Assembly: GCA_002104905.1 (NCBI GenBank)
Contig: MCFE01000462.1
Coordinates: 1-64,000, forward strand
DNA length: 64,000 bases
Direction: 5' to 3'
From: Basidiobolus meristosporus CBS 931.73
Taxonomy: Eukaryota; Fungi; Basidiobolomycota
Shown: positions 1 through 11,345 of the stretch, in pieces
How the letters are laid out: the number at the start of each line of letters is the position of its first letter
Numbering within the stretch: the stretch's first letter is position 1
Program-made: the position numbers and the translations under genes
Notes under the pieces: generated by a model
The model's database searches: none
The model's input: the letters and a program-made list of their open reading frames with translations, nothing else
What the model was told of the DNA's origin: nothing

Positions 1-305
1 ACATGATAAGAAGGGTGGTACTGCCATTTCAAACAAATCGTTTTAGTGGTATTTGAAGTTGCCTGGATGTAAATATCCCAATATTCTTACGAAATAATCG
101 CGGTACAAGAGGTATACAGGGTTTGCTCTACAAGATCTGCTCAAACACCAACCTATTAGGCAAATCAATCACATTTAGTGGCACAATCATGGCAACAATT
201 GTATGGCAAGTACGTCAGATTTGCTAATCGTCAATCCTTGCGGGAAGGTCACCCGTTGCTATAAACAGCATCATCCCCATTACTTGCAAGGTCAGTGTCG
301 CATGC

Positions 306-353
306 AAATCCCGCCTTCAGAACACATATAAATCCCGCCTTTAGAATACATAT
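306..353. repeat. 24-bp tandem duplication (2 copies) just upstream of the small secreted protein gene
   Basis: aaatcccgccttcagaacacatat (306-329) and aaatcccgcctttagaatacatat (330-353), 22/24 identical. Confidence 0.9.
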
Positions 354-369
354 GCCATCATCTTTCGAA

Positions 370-759
370 ATGAGAACTTTCATCATTACCGCTCTGCTGT
401 CTACGGCCTTGGGTGTAACGGCACTCAAAAAGCACACCGGCACCGTCAGTGGAGAATTATACATGAGCGGAGCTTTCTATGATACCGTGCAAGGAAGCGT
501 CAACATTGACGGGATCAACCACAAGATCAAGTGGCAAGGTACTGCCACCTCCGGACAAAGATACTGCGATCCTTCGGAGGATGCCTGTATTGATTTCAAG
601 AATGGAGGAAATCCTGTCATCTCATACTGCCAAGGATCCATCACTCTACCCACCAAGTGTAAAATCACCCAAAGAAAAGCCTGTGATGATGGTAGGTGTC
701 CCCTCCAGGTTAGGTGGACCATTGAGAAGCAAGAATTCAGCATAAACTGCTCCACTTGA
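370..759 (+). CDS. Small secreted cysteine-rich protein, 129 aa, unknown family
   Basis: ATG at 370 gives MRTFIITALLSTALGVTA, a signal-peptide-like start. The mature part has 7 Cys, is intronless and ends at TGA 757-759. TATA-like elements lie at about 260 and 327. Confidence 0.7.
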   Translation: MRTFIITALLSTALGVTALKKHTGTVSGELYMSGAFYDTVQGSVNIDGINHKIKWQGTATSGQRYCDPSEDACIDFKNGGNPVISYCQGSITLPTKCKITQRKACDDGRCPLQVRWTIEKQEFSINCST

Positions 760-900
760 AAAGCCAGTAAAGCTGTTTATTTTGATCAACTCATGTGGCA
801 ATCAATGTCTTTGGAATAAATCGGCATAAACTGCACCTCTTAAAAGCAGTTAAGCTGTTTATATTAATCGACTCATGTGGTAATCAATGTCTCTGGAATA
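739..900. repeat. Imperfect tandem duplication (about 80-bp unit, 2 copies) covering the last codons, stop and 3'UTR of the small secreted gene
   Basis: 739-818 versus 823-900. Both start gcataaactgc and end aagctgtttat...ctcatgtgg.aatcaatgtct.tggaata. Copy 1 encodes SINCST*, copy 2 GINCTS*. Confidence 0.85.
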
Positions 901-1287
901 TGCCACCTGCAAGATCCATTTGTTTGTTTAGCATGGCAATACTTACAAAGCAAGTTATAATGGTCATCTATTAGTTGTGGCTTGAGCCCCCTTGTATATG
1001 TTGATATTGTTACTCATCGAAGTGGCTATACATCACTGTCTCCACCCACTATAAACTACTTACTCATTGAGATTATTACAGTCGCCAACCATGTGATCTT
1101 CGACAAATGTCCGCTGTAGGTATACGTATTCCCAGTAACCGTAGCATCCTTGACTCACTAACTCTTTCATATTGTTGAGTTACGAGGCGCAAATTACTTG
1201 CTATTTATATGTAAGTGCATTGGGTAACAGTTTACTGCCCTGCTGATGAATGATTCCAGATATACTCACAAAACCATTAGGTGGATA

Positions 1288-1341
1288 CAAATCAGAATAT
1301 CTCACTCCACAACTCAAATCAGAATATCTTACTCCACAACT
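1288..1341. repeat. 27-bp tandem duplication (2 copies)
   Basis: caaatcagaatatctcactccacaact and caaatcagaatatcttactccacaact, 26/27 identical. Confidence 0.9.
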
Positions 1342-1677
1342 GGGCCTATTGAATACGAATATTTGATTGAGTGGGAGTGTTGTAAACTTTACAATCATTC
1401 CTAAATACTCCATGAGCTTAGTCACGTAGATTGCATGATTCTACCCCTCAAGGCGTATATCCTACTTTCTCGGATAGACATTACCGGCCAGCATATCAAG
1501 TAAACCGTACATTGTGCTGATAAGTGCACTAAACAGAGACAAGTGCGATGGTGGGCTTGTTTATATATAAAGAACTTCAAGATTACAAGTAGCATCTATA
1601 GAATATGAAGATATAAAATTACAAAATGCAGGGCAAGAATACCACAACTTGCCTGGTATCTATATTCATCAAGTGAT

Positions 1678-2681
1678 TTAACACGTCTTCGGTTTTTCAG
1701 CTTCATGATGTGGAGGTGCGACCCAGTACATGACACCTTGAACAATACTAGCACAGAGGGGGGCAATCCAAGGGATCCAGTGTTCCTGGTAGTTTCCAGA
1801 GGCAACGGCTACGCCCAAAAACTTGGCAGGGTTGGCTCCAACACCACCAAATCCATCAGTAATACCACCACTGACATAAATATTCACACCAAGGGCCAAA
1901 GCGACGCAGATAGGGCCAACAACGGGGCCAAACACCTTCTGTTGCTTAGGGTCAATACCAGTACCCCAGGTGATCCATACATATGACCAACTAAACAAGA
2001 ACTCCAGGCAGAAAGCTTGTCCAACAGTTACGACATCAGGCTTGAAGCCCCAGGAGCCAAGTTTAGTAGCCTCAGTGACCACTTCACCACAAGCAGCGCG
2101 AAGAAGGGCACCTCCAAGGATGGCACCAACGCAGTGCATAAACAAATAGATGATGGCACGGGGAACAGAGCAGAGACGAGTCCATACAGCAGTCCAGGTA
2201 ATAAGAGGATTGAAATGGGCACCGGAGACAGAGGCAGAACCCATTATAAAAAGAGCAAGGGTTACGAAGACACCCAAACCAACATCGAGGGATACAACAG
2301 GGCCTCCAACTTGGACGGCCCACACGGTCACACCACAGGAAACCAAAACGTATAATGCCATCAGGAACATTTCATGAACACCTGAGCGCCAGATTTTTGG
2401 ATTGCGAAATTCAGACCAGTCTAACATTTGAGCCATTGTCAAATGATCTTCATCAGCGACGATATCAGGATGGAACTCAGGTGTTGCAAGACCAGAGAGG
2501 GACTTCCTGTGAGGAATAGCGTTGAGAGAGCCTGCCGACTACGAGTGATGTGTTGCTCCAGTGAAGCGAGATGTTCAGCAGATAGAGGGATACCAAGGTT
2601 AAGAGTAGCTTCGTGAGGTCTAAGCTCGGTGGCTCCTTGACTAACAAAGCCATTGGGAGGGCTGAGTCTTGAAGATTCCAT
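1678..2681 (-). CDS. Major intrinsic protein (aquaporin), XIP-like, about 313 aa, 2 exons
   Basis: SGAHFNPL and GANPAKF motifs, several hydrophobic helices, GIDPKQ and EHWIPWIAP. The 62-nt intron 2532-2593 (GTATCC...GCAG) joins ATG 2681 in frame to the 1678-2442 ORF. Confidence 0.9.
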
Positions 2682-3409
2682 TATAAGGTATTAGGTATAG
2701 TATGATATTGCGGGGTGGTCGACCAATTTATATACCTTATTGATGGTCTCATCGATTGTTCTTTTCAATATCGGTGAACCAGAAACCAATCCGAATTTTC
2801 AAAATGCCTAAACAACGCAATTGGATTGCTATTTTCTGATGATGTAATTCAGAGCTTTTCCTAATTAGCCCGACATGGTTAGTGTATCAATCTCCCAAAG
2901 AAGAGAATTTCGATACTATAGCCGGATAGTGAGTGACTTTTTCTCCATATTTGGCATTTTCGAATTGCCAAATCGATTTAACTTTGTTTCAGCCTCCAGG
3001 TCGAGAGCTGGCACGTTGTAGACACAGAATTTTCGAATATGAGAACCATTTGCTGTGCACATTCAGTGATCTGATGGATTTCCATAATCGAATTCTGAGA
3101 TAAGATTACATGGCTTAGTTATGTTTCCAAGTACCTGTGCATTCACTCGATGAGTTATCGACGCGAATCTACGATGTGTAGGGTATCACCAACTTCTATG
3201 ATACGATTGTCTATGCACATGACACTGCGTAATATGAGCTAGGATATCACATAGTATCACATAGTGACTGTATAAAAGCATGAAAGGATATCACGTCTAT
3301 ATGCTTGCTTATATTCCAGTAAGCTCTGCAGGATACAGTCTCGTTCGTATTCTTACAGATCTGCATATATACACCGTGTGATCTAATTCCGCTTTCATGA
3401 TACTAATGA

Positions 3410-4284
3410 GCAATAGATGCTGCATCCAGATCATCACGTATATGACAGTCTCACCTCTTCTAAAAGCTGGAACCCTAATACAAGATCACTGACGACATGC
3501 CAACATTTGAACGGCAGTCTTCAAAAAGATGTGTTTGCACGAATAAGGTGCTGCTTAAATCATAATGCATGATGCGAAGTTTCGGGATCTACCTGTAGTA
3601 TTCCATAAGTATCCATTTCATGACTAGAACGAAGGCATATGCACCCACATCTACAGCACTATTCACTAGTACAGATACTGGTTGAAAAGTGCTACCTTGA
3701 GACAAGCTGGTGAGAAGGCCATTTGTTAACAGCCCCGATTCTCAGAGGGTCCGGGGATACATACGAAATAGTAGAAACCTCAGAGGCTTTTCTGATTTTG
3801 ACTCCTAGCGCTCGAAGCCAGTGAGGTGCATAAAGGGATTCATAAGTTGAGTTGATCATTTCGAGTGAGCTTTGCATCAAAATGTCTAGGCACCTAAAGT
3901 ATCAAAAGGATGAGAAGATGAGAGAGGCGGGGAAAGTACCAAAAGGATGAGGGTAAGTAAAAAGGTCACCCCAGCCCATACTCTCCAGGAGATATCATCA
4001 ACTTCAGCAGTAAGATGGGAATAGCTTCCAATACCGCAATCCCTATTCAAAGCTTCATGAAACATGGCATACCGAACCAATATCAGAAGTCGCGTACTTG
4101 CAAGCGACGCTAATAACCAAAAACAATGTTTAGAAACAAGGCGACAATGAAATGTAGTAAACAAAATATCCAGACAACCATCTGCGAGGTAGAGTCTGCT
4201 TTGTCCCTTGCATCTATGTGTTCTAGTAACCTTGCCGGTAACCCCGCCCATCTTTGGTGGTAACAGCGTAATTAACGTTATCAT
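3410..4284 (-). pseudogene. Decayed fragment of an epsilon-poly-L-lysine synthetase (Pls)-like NRPS C-terminal membrane/beta-helix region
   Basis: Collinear motifs in shifting frames: WAGLPARL (4227-4250), LMQSSLE...SLYAPHWLRALGVKIRKASEVST (3767-3880), KWILMEYYR (3592-3618), VQTHLFED (about 3517-3540), VGMSSVILY (3479-3505), RRGETV (about 3445-3462). These are interrupted by stops, frameshifts and large deletions. Putative introns at 3894-3939 and 3707-3764. Confidence 0.65.
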
Positions 4285-4608
4285 GAATTTCGAGTTAAAT
4301 CGGATGAAACGTGCAGTCGAGTACTGGATTCAATTAAACTATTTTGGGTGAACGATGTGCACCGTGCATACTCCACCCATATCTAGAGAGTTGGATAATG
4401 TGATTGTCATCGTATACATAGAACAAGCGCTCAAATGGACCGTTTTGTGGATTTCCGGTAAATGGGACATGTGTTCACATAGAGCATTTGGTGGATTTCC
4501 AGTATATAACAACAGCAATCAGGTTATAAAAATCAAATTGATTCATCATTTACTCATTCAAAACACTGACCAAATGGCAGTGAAATGGTTGCACACACAG
4601 TCAATTCA

Positions 4609-5852
4609 TTACTGATTGGAGTTATAGACCAAGAGGTTAGGAGTGTCACTGTCCAGACCACTGATGACATTCTGGGTGGCGCCAGCTGAGAGTGCATCGT
4701 ACACTGATTGTGGCGAGCTCAGGCTCCCCTGGGAAAGGTAGAGCGCCGCGACTCCTGCAACGTGAGGACTGGCCATACTAGTGCCCGAGATTCGGTTGGT
4801 CGCAGTGGTGCCTCCGATCCATGCCGAAGTGATGTCTTGTCCAGGTGCGGCAATGTTGACACATTGGCCGTAGTTGGTGAAGCTGGCTGCAGTATCTGAG
4901 ATGGTGGTGGCTGCCACGGTGAATGCTCCGGCGGCATTCGCTGGTGAGACATTGCAAGCATCTTGGCTCTCATTTCCTGCCGCCACAATGAAGCTCACTC
5001 CTGCCTGCACGGCAGAGTTAACTGCCGCCTTGAGGGCTTCACTATTCCCTCCACCAAGTGACATATTCGCCACGCTTCTTCTCCCAGAGCTTCTGGCTCT
5101 TTGCGCCACCCAGTTGATCCCAGCAATGATCCCTGAAGTGCTCCCGCTGCCTGCCCCACTCAGTACCTTGACTCCGATCAGGCTCGCCTTCTTTGCCACA
5201 CCATAGGTGCTTCCTCCAACTGTACCAGCAACATGGGTTCCATGTCCGTTCAGGTCATCCACCGCTTCACCGTTGATGAAGCTGACGGGAAGACTCGCTC
5301 TTCCTCCAAAATCAGAGTGTCTCACATTGATACCGGTATCGATGATATACACATCCACTCCGGCTCCGGCGGTGTCAGGGTAGACGTATGGAGCATTGGG
5401 GTTTCTTGACCTCTGCGAGACTCTGGGCAGTCCCCAGCTGGGCGGATTGTTCTGAGTGCCAGAGATGCTGAAGATCTGCTCAGCCTCCACGTACTCAACA
5501 TCCCCTTGGGCCTTGAGGTCGCTCACCAGTGACTCACTGAACACCCCCGCGTAGGCACTGAAGTCCGCAAATGAGAGCTTGCTCTTGATCTCATTCTTCA
5601 GCGTGTTGTTTCCGCTGCGACCGCGGTTGTACTGATCCAGCTTCGTCTTCAACAGTTGATCCACTAGAGAAATGTTAGCCAGGGACATCGACGTCCAGAG
5701 AGAACTTGAGCATTACCTTTGTTGGGGTCGGCAGCATTCTTGAACTTCACCACGTATCTGTTGGCAATTTCTGGAGCCTGCGCATCTAGGACTGGTGCAC
5801 CAAGGACGACAGCGATCAAGGAGAGTAGAGCAACACCACGAATAGCAACCAT
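4609..5852 (-). CDS. Secreted subtilisin-like serine protease (S8A, proteinase K type) with I9 prodomain, 396 aa, 2 exons
   Basis: Signal peptide MVAIRGVALLSLIAVVLG, intron 5664-5716 (GTAATG...CTAG), catalytic triad motifs IDTGI, HGTHVAG and GTSMASPHVAG. Confidence 0.97.
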
Positions 5853-6505
5853 TGTTTCTGTATAGACATGTTGATGCTGAACGCTTTTATAGAGCTTGTC
5901 TCTTCCTCCGGGCACTTTTCGTTACGTGGGAATCATATCCGAGAAACCGGCTGGGCAAAAATTAATTTTGACAAATGCGGCGGCTCCTGACCTGGTCTTC
6001 CTAATGGTTGTACCCCGAGTATTGGCTCTGTCATAGATATAGGAAATGATCGACCAGCGGAATATAATGCAAGCTCCAGAACTTTACCCAAGCATGATTC
6101 GTAAAATAAGCGGTTGGGGAAGGGATAGCTATGTGAGATCTTTCTCACAAGCATCAAGCAACCTGCAATAAGTGAGGCCGTGGGAAACGTAAATAACCTC
6201 TGAAAGTGACCAACTCAAAATGACGTGCGTCAGATTGGTTAATTTGACTATCGAATGTTGGATCGCCAAGTGTCACATATTTCCCACATTTTCAGTTATT
6301 TGGTGGCGCCTCGCTAGTCTGGATTGAGAATAATATCTCACCACCCGCTGTGATTTTGTTCATGCAGTGGGATCCGACCTAGGGTCGATAAATTTGGGCT
6401 ATGCTCTCACATGCCGACACGTGCGTGACTTCTCATAAACTGGTCATTTTATTAGAACAAAACGAGTTGGTGGCCAGCGCGAAACCTCACCGACTATTCC
6501 GGTAT

Positions 6506-9500
6506 TTACTTGAACCTGAAGCACATGAACTGAGTCTGAGTAGCCACTCTGGTGGCCTCCAGGATCCCTTTCACATTCTCCACCTGCTCTCGCGCCAGGT
6601 CCCGCTTGCCGTTCCCCCCAGCATTTCGGTTGGCCTCCTCCAGAGTGGCGTAGATCAGTTTGAACGTTTCGGATGCGGTGGTGGTGAAATAGGTGGCGAG
6701 GACCTGGTTGAAGAATTCCACCTCCAGAGTGGCCTGTAAGAAACCCCCGGAACCCACCTTGTCGAGCTCCCGGAACGCCCTCAGCAGACATTGCCCGAGG
6801 TTGACCAACAGCTTGGACAGCGCGCGGGAGATGAGTTTCTTGGAGATGGAGCAGATCTCCGAGTGGGCCAACACGATCTGAAGCAACGCTTCGAAAACGT
6901 AGGATCGAATGTACGTCGGCTCGTTGGAAGTGCACCAGTCGAACCCACTGAAGAGGATGCCTTTCTTGATGATTTCGTTGACTGGGGTGCCGATCCGTTT
7001 CAGATACTCTTCGAACAGGGATGAATCCAGGCTATCCACCAGATCGACCAGTTTCTACATGTCAAAGGCAGCTTGAATTAGTCCCCAATGCTGGTCCCCA
7101 CACAAATGCCCCCCACTCACCTGTACGATATCGGAAGTGTTCCCCTTGAAGGAAAGCTCAAACACTCTGGTCAGCTCCAAGATGATCATGGCCCGGAATT
7201 CACCCAAGGTCTCCAGCGTATGAAGTATGACTAGGTTCTGCAATGCTGTTAGTGCAAGCCTTGACGGCTTCCCCGAATGGCTGCTTACCATGGAAACCTC
7301 TTCTGAGCCCGGAAGGGTCACCGGAGCCGAAGCATCTTGACTGGCCTGGCCGAACACCGCATAGTTCAAGGCATCCAGGAAGGAGCACATCGTTTCGAAG
7401 AACGTCTGCTTGATATGGTCGTAGACCTTGGTAGACATCTGTCATCAAAGAAACTGGTTAGGCCAATTGGATAAGCAAGTCAAGAAGGATGCCTTACGTT
7501 GGTGCCTCCACCTTCATCAATACTCTCGGTGTCGACGATGGAGCTGAGCGTGTGGATGGCATACTTCTGGAACTGCGTGAAGTCCTTCAACGAGGCTTTG
7601 CGCGAGGAATAGCGATGGACTTCCGCCAAAAAGAATTGCTTGCAGTCTAACAAATTCGGATCAGAACACCGTAGACAAGGGTTTGGAAACGCCAGTGATA
7701 CTCACCGCTCTTCCAGCATTGACAGAAGCTGGTCACAAAGTTCCATTTCACCGCCTTGAGCAGGTCGGTCAGCTCAGTGGCGACGTGGCCTGCCATGGCC
7801 ATCGAATTCAACTCATTGGAGAATGTGGTGAGGTGAGTGATGATTTGCGTGAGGAAGTAGCCGGTCAGATAGGTGTGGGTAGTGGGCAATTTCACTGCCA
7901 CACTGGCTTCCGAAGGTACCACACGGAATGGACTGTCGGGTGATTGGTCAACGAAAAACTCACCCTCGATGGCGAAAACCTTGGACACCAGACAGGCGTA
8001 GAGAGTGAGGATCTGCTTTGCCATTTCGTGGCATTGCTCAACTTTCTGGATGTTAACACCGTTGCGACGTCTGCGCAGTTGATTCCATATGGATCCATTC
8101 TACAATCGAGATTCCGGGTTAGCGGGGTGTGGGTGGTCGGGGCAAACCAGGGCTACCTTCTTGAATTTGTCATCGATGAATGATCGGGCGATCTTCCAGT
8201 AGTCAGGTAATGACTTGAGCACCACATCCGACAACGCTTTCACAATATTGACGATACTCTGCCATATGTGAACGCCGTTGTCTACACCTAGAGAGGAGTA
8301 CTTTAGTCCGGGGCCAGCCAGCGCGTACGCACAACCACTAACCAGACACGCTTTCCCCGCCCTTGGACTCGATGGCCTTTCGCAACAGGGCTATTCTCTG
8401 AGCAGGCGTGATCTCGGCTTCGGAAAGGTCTACAAAGGCGACGTGTTACCTCCGGAAGCTGCGCGAATCTCTGGCGAAGGGATACAAACCGGCCAGCTTT
8501 CGACACTCCTCTTCGAAGGTGCTGTTCAAGCTTTGTACGATGTATTTGAATTGGCTTTCCAGATAGAACCAGACCGGGTCTATTTTCGAGTCTAGTTCGA
8601 GTAAGTAGCTATCGGAGAGCAGAGCATTGGTTAGCAGCGCGTCAAAAACGACCAGGGAACGTCTTACATGATATTCTTCTCCTGAGCCTCCATGGGAACA
8701 CTGGTATCCCCGAGCTGCTTAAACAGGTTGGTCCTCAAGTGCATGACGATCTCCTCGACCTCCTTCCACACTTTGTCCAGCAGTCTTTTGATGGAGGCAT
8801 TCTCGAATTCGGCCGAGGAGTCCTCTTGCTTCTCCGGATTGAATACGGCATTGGTGAACGACTGCATGGCCACCTTTCCTCTCTTGTAGTCGTGCACTGC
8901 AACCTCGAATTTTTTCTAGAAATCGGTGAGACTCGGGCTCCACTGAGTGACACTACGAAACTGACGAACCTCCTCAATCGACTCTAGCAAGCTGCAGGGG
9001 AGGTTGAAGAGCAGGCGATAGCGGTCAATGGCCGTCAAGGTGCTTCGGATTGTAAGGCCTTTCTGAATACGCGACATGATAGGGCCGAATGCCTCATGGG
9101 CCTTTGCCGTCGTGTCTGTCATCGTGTCAATAAGGGATCCGGCGATTTATTGATGAGGCGGATTACCTTCTAGGCATTGCCGGGTGACTTTGGTTCCGTA
9201 CTCTTCTTTTTCGTCCAGGTTTTTGGTCTTCATCTCCGTGTAGACAACTGCTTCCGTTAACACCTTCCCTTGAGCAGAGGTGGAGGTTTGGTCAGGTCTT
9301 ACCTTCTACGGTGTTCTTGGCACACACGAACCGATCGAAATTATCCTTGACCAAGGTTTTCAACGCCTCGGAGCGCTGCTCAATTGCCGCTCGCAAATGG
9401 TACTTCCCGTGGACGAGCGCCTCGTAGGATGTATCCATGTGAAATTGCTTCATAAACAATGCGGGGTCGAAGGATTTGTCTGTGATGAAGACAGACGCTT

Positions 9501-9998
9501 TGCCTAAGGGGGAATTGATAAGCACGAGTCATAAGGTGTTCGAGGCCATCAAGACGCTGGGTGGACCTTTGCTATAGGTTTCTCGGAGTAAGGACTCGCT
9601 TCTTGACAGCCGACGCTCTCCGAGGAGGCTTCTACAGGATAGGCGACGTTACGTTAGAAAGTCGGGCAAGGAAGGTACATGGTAAACTAACCTGAGATCC
9701 CCTTCTTTAAGCCCCAAAGGATCACCCTCATTCTCCAGTAATTCCTCTTCCTCAACCTCAGGTTTGTCAGCTCTGGCATATGCAAAGTTCGGAACAGCCG
9801 ACCAGGCAAACTCTTCAATATCCAACTCCGGGGTGTCTGTTTCAACCCACGTGTTTGGCTCCAAGGAGTCCAAACTGTAGTGACGTAACACTGGAAATGG
9901 AGAGTCAAAAGAGGAACTGTAAGTTATCGAAAAATGACACAAGGGATGCACCACAAGTACACACGCTCTGCTTCGTCGAACCGTTTGAAAAAGCTCAT
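6506..9998 (-). CDS. SEC5: Exocyst complex component Sec5/EXOC2, multi-exon
   Basis: The spliced model starts MSFFKRFDEAELLRHYSLDSLEPNTW and contains FDPALFMKQFHMDTSYEALVHG...LVKDNFDRFVCAKNTVE, RYRLLFNLP, DPVWFYLESQ, LPDYWKIA and a C-terminal GGFLQATLEVEFFNQVL. The exon phases I checked were consistent. Confidence 0.9.
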
Positions 9999-10482
9999 CA
10001 GGCTGTACTCGAGGGATTTCTTGGCGATATATCAAAGGAATTGGTCGGTTTCTCCCGTTCTTTATGGGTCGTGTTCAGAAGAAAGTCAAGAGGGTTTCGG
10101 TATTTTACGCCTCGAAGGCAACTGGGTACTCTTGCTTGTGGCGGATTAGGAAGTGGGAGCGAAACTAAGAAGAAATGCTGAAGGATGATAACCACCAAGC
10201 GTCGTTAAGGCAGTCGAGTTGTTAATATTGCCTAGTAACTTGCGTTTGAACTTCGATTTTATACAAATGTTCAACAAATGCTGGGAAAACAATCCATGAT
10301 TCGGCCCAATTTACTTAATTATCTACCTCAACTAAGCCAACTTCACATGGCTATCACACAATTAGAATCCGTGAAAATGATTGTATCATACAAGATCGAA
10401 CAGGTTGCAATTGATAGTATATTGCTAGACAACATGTATTCTTCAGGTTATATATATGTCAATGGTGGTAGTGCTGCTTATA

Positions 10483-11085
10483 TCAAAAGGGCAAAGGTGG
10501 GTTCAGCTTCAAGGATTTCTTGAGCTCCTTCCTCCGGCTCAGTGCTAGCTGTTTGCGTGATTGCAATTCCCTCAGGACCTCTATGTATTTATGGAGCTGC
10601 TCGTTAGAAACCTGCCAAGTTTGTGGCTAGTGATAGAAGAGGACCTTGTTTGTTTTCTGACGAGCGGTAACGTTTCAGAAGCTCAAGGAAACCATGACCC
10701 TCTTTTTTTTCCGGAGTCAAAGAATTCTCTGCCTCCTGGAAAGGTTGATTGTTAAGAAGAGTTCCCAGGGAAATGAAGCAAAACTAAACAGCCACCTCTT
10801 GTAAGATCTTTTTCGTCGTTTGTCGGGCTATGAGTAGGCTCTCTAAATCGCGTATGGAGGTTTCAAGACTCAGTGCGTGGTCAAAACGGTTCTTCGTATG
10901 CATGGAAAGCAATTCAAGCCTATGATATAGATGCACCCTAACACAGGCAAATCTTAATATTGGCACAAAAACAAAGCACACGGGCGTACTAACAATTCGT
11001 CCCTACTCACTGAATACTCTGGATCTGTGGAAAAGGCGGTGTGTAGACCAGCCAAAGTGTCTTCCAGGTATTTCACGTCTTCCAT
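10483..11085 (-). CDS. Hypothetical small multi-exon coiled-coil protein; gene model uncertain
   Basis: Exon-like blocks MEDVKYLEDTLAGLHTAF..., LETSIRDLESLLIARQTTKKILQE|EAENSLTPEKK and (PQTW)QVSNEQLHKYIEVLRELQSRKQLALSRRKELKK* are flanked by GT/AG sites. The last junction only phases cleanly if one base of the T8 run at 10703-10710 is removed. Confidence 0.45.
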
Positions 11086-11345
11086 AGCAGGATGATAGAA
11101 TCGACATGTATATAATGGGAAGGTTTATTAAGTAGAATGAAATTATCTGATATAGGCAATCGATGAATGATTGATTCTACCAAGAAATAATGTCCAAGTG
11201 CATCGATGACAATTCAACCATATTTACAGAAAAAGATGCCTAAAACTGAAACAAGCACAGGAATAAATAAAATCAGTCCGAAATACTATTTACACAAGTC
11301 TTTCAGAGGGCAGGGCAAACATGCTACATTCACAGTCAATCCGCC

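Noticed and set aside
1201-1425. ORF containing S.L.PPNGFVS, identical to a 7-aa stretch of aquaporin exon 1 with only third-position differences
   Set aside because: Similarity does not extend beyond about 11 codons and the ORF is partly built from the 27-bp tandem repeat. A chance match is plausible.
6444-6935. 163-aa ORF overlapping the SEC5 last exon, and many similar antisense or alternate-frame ORFs over SNT1, RIM15, HIS4 and MRP51
   Set aside because: These are shadow ORFs of real coding sequence with no motifs or independent signals.
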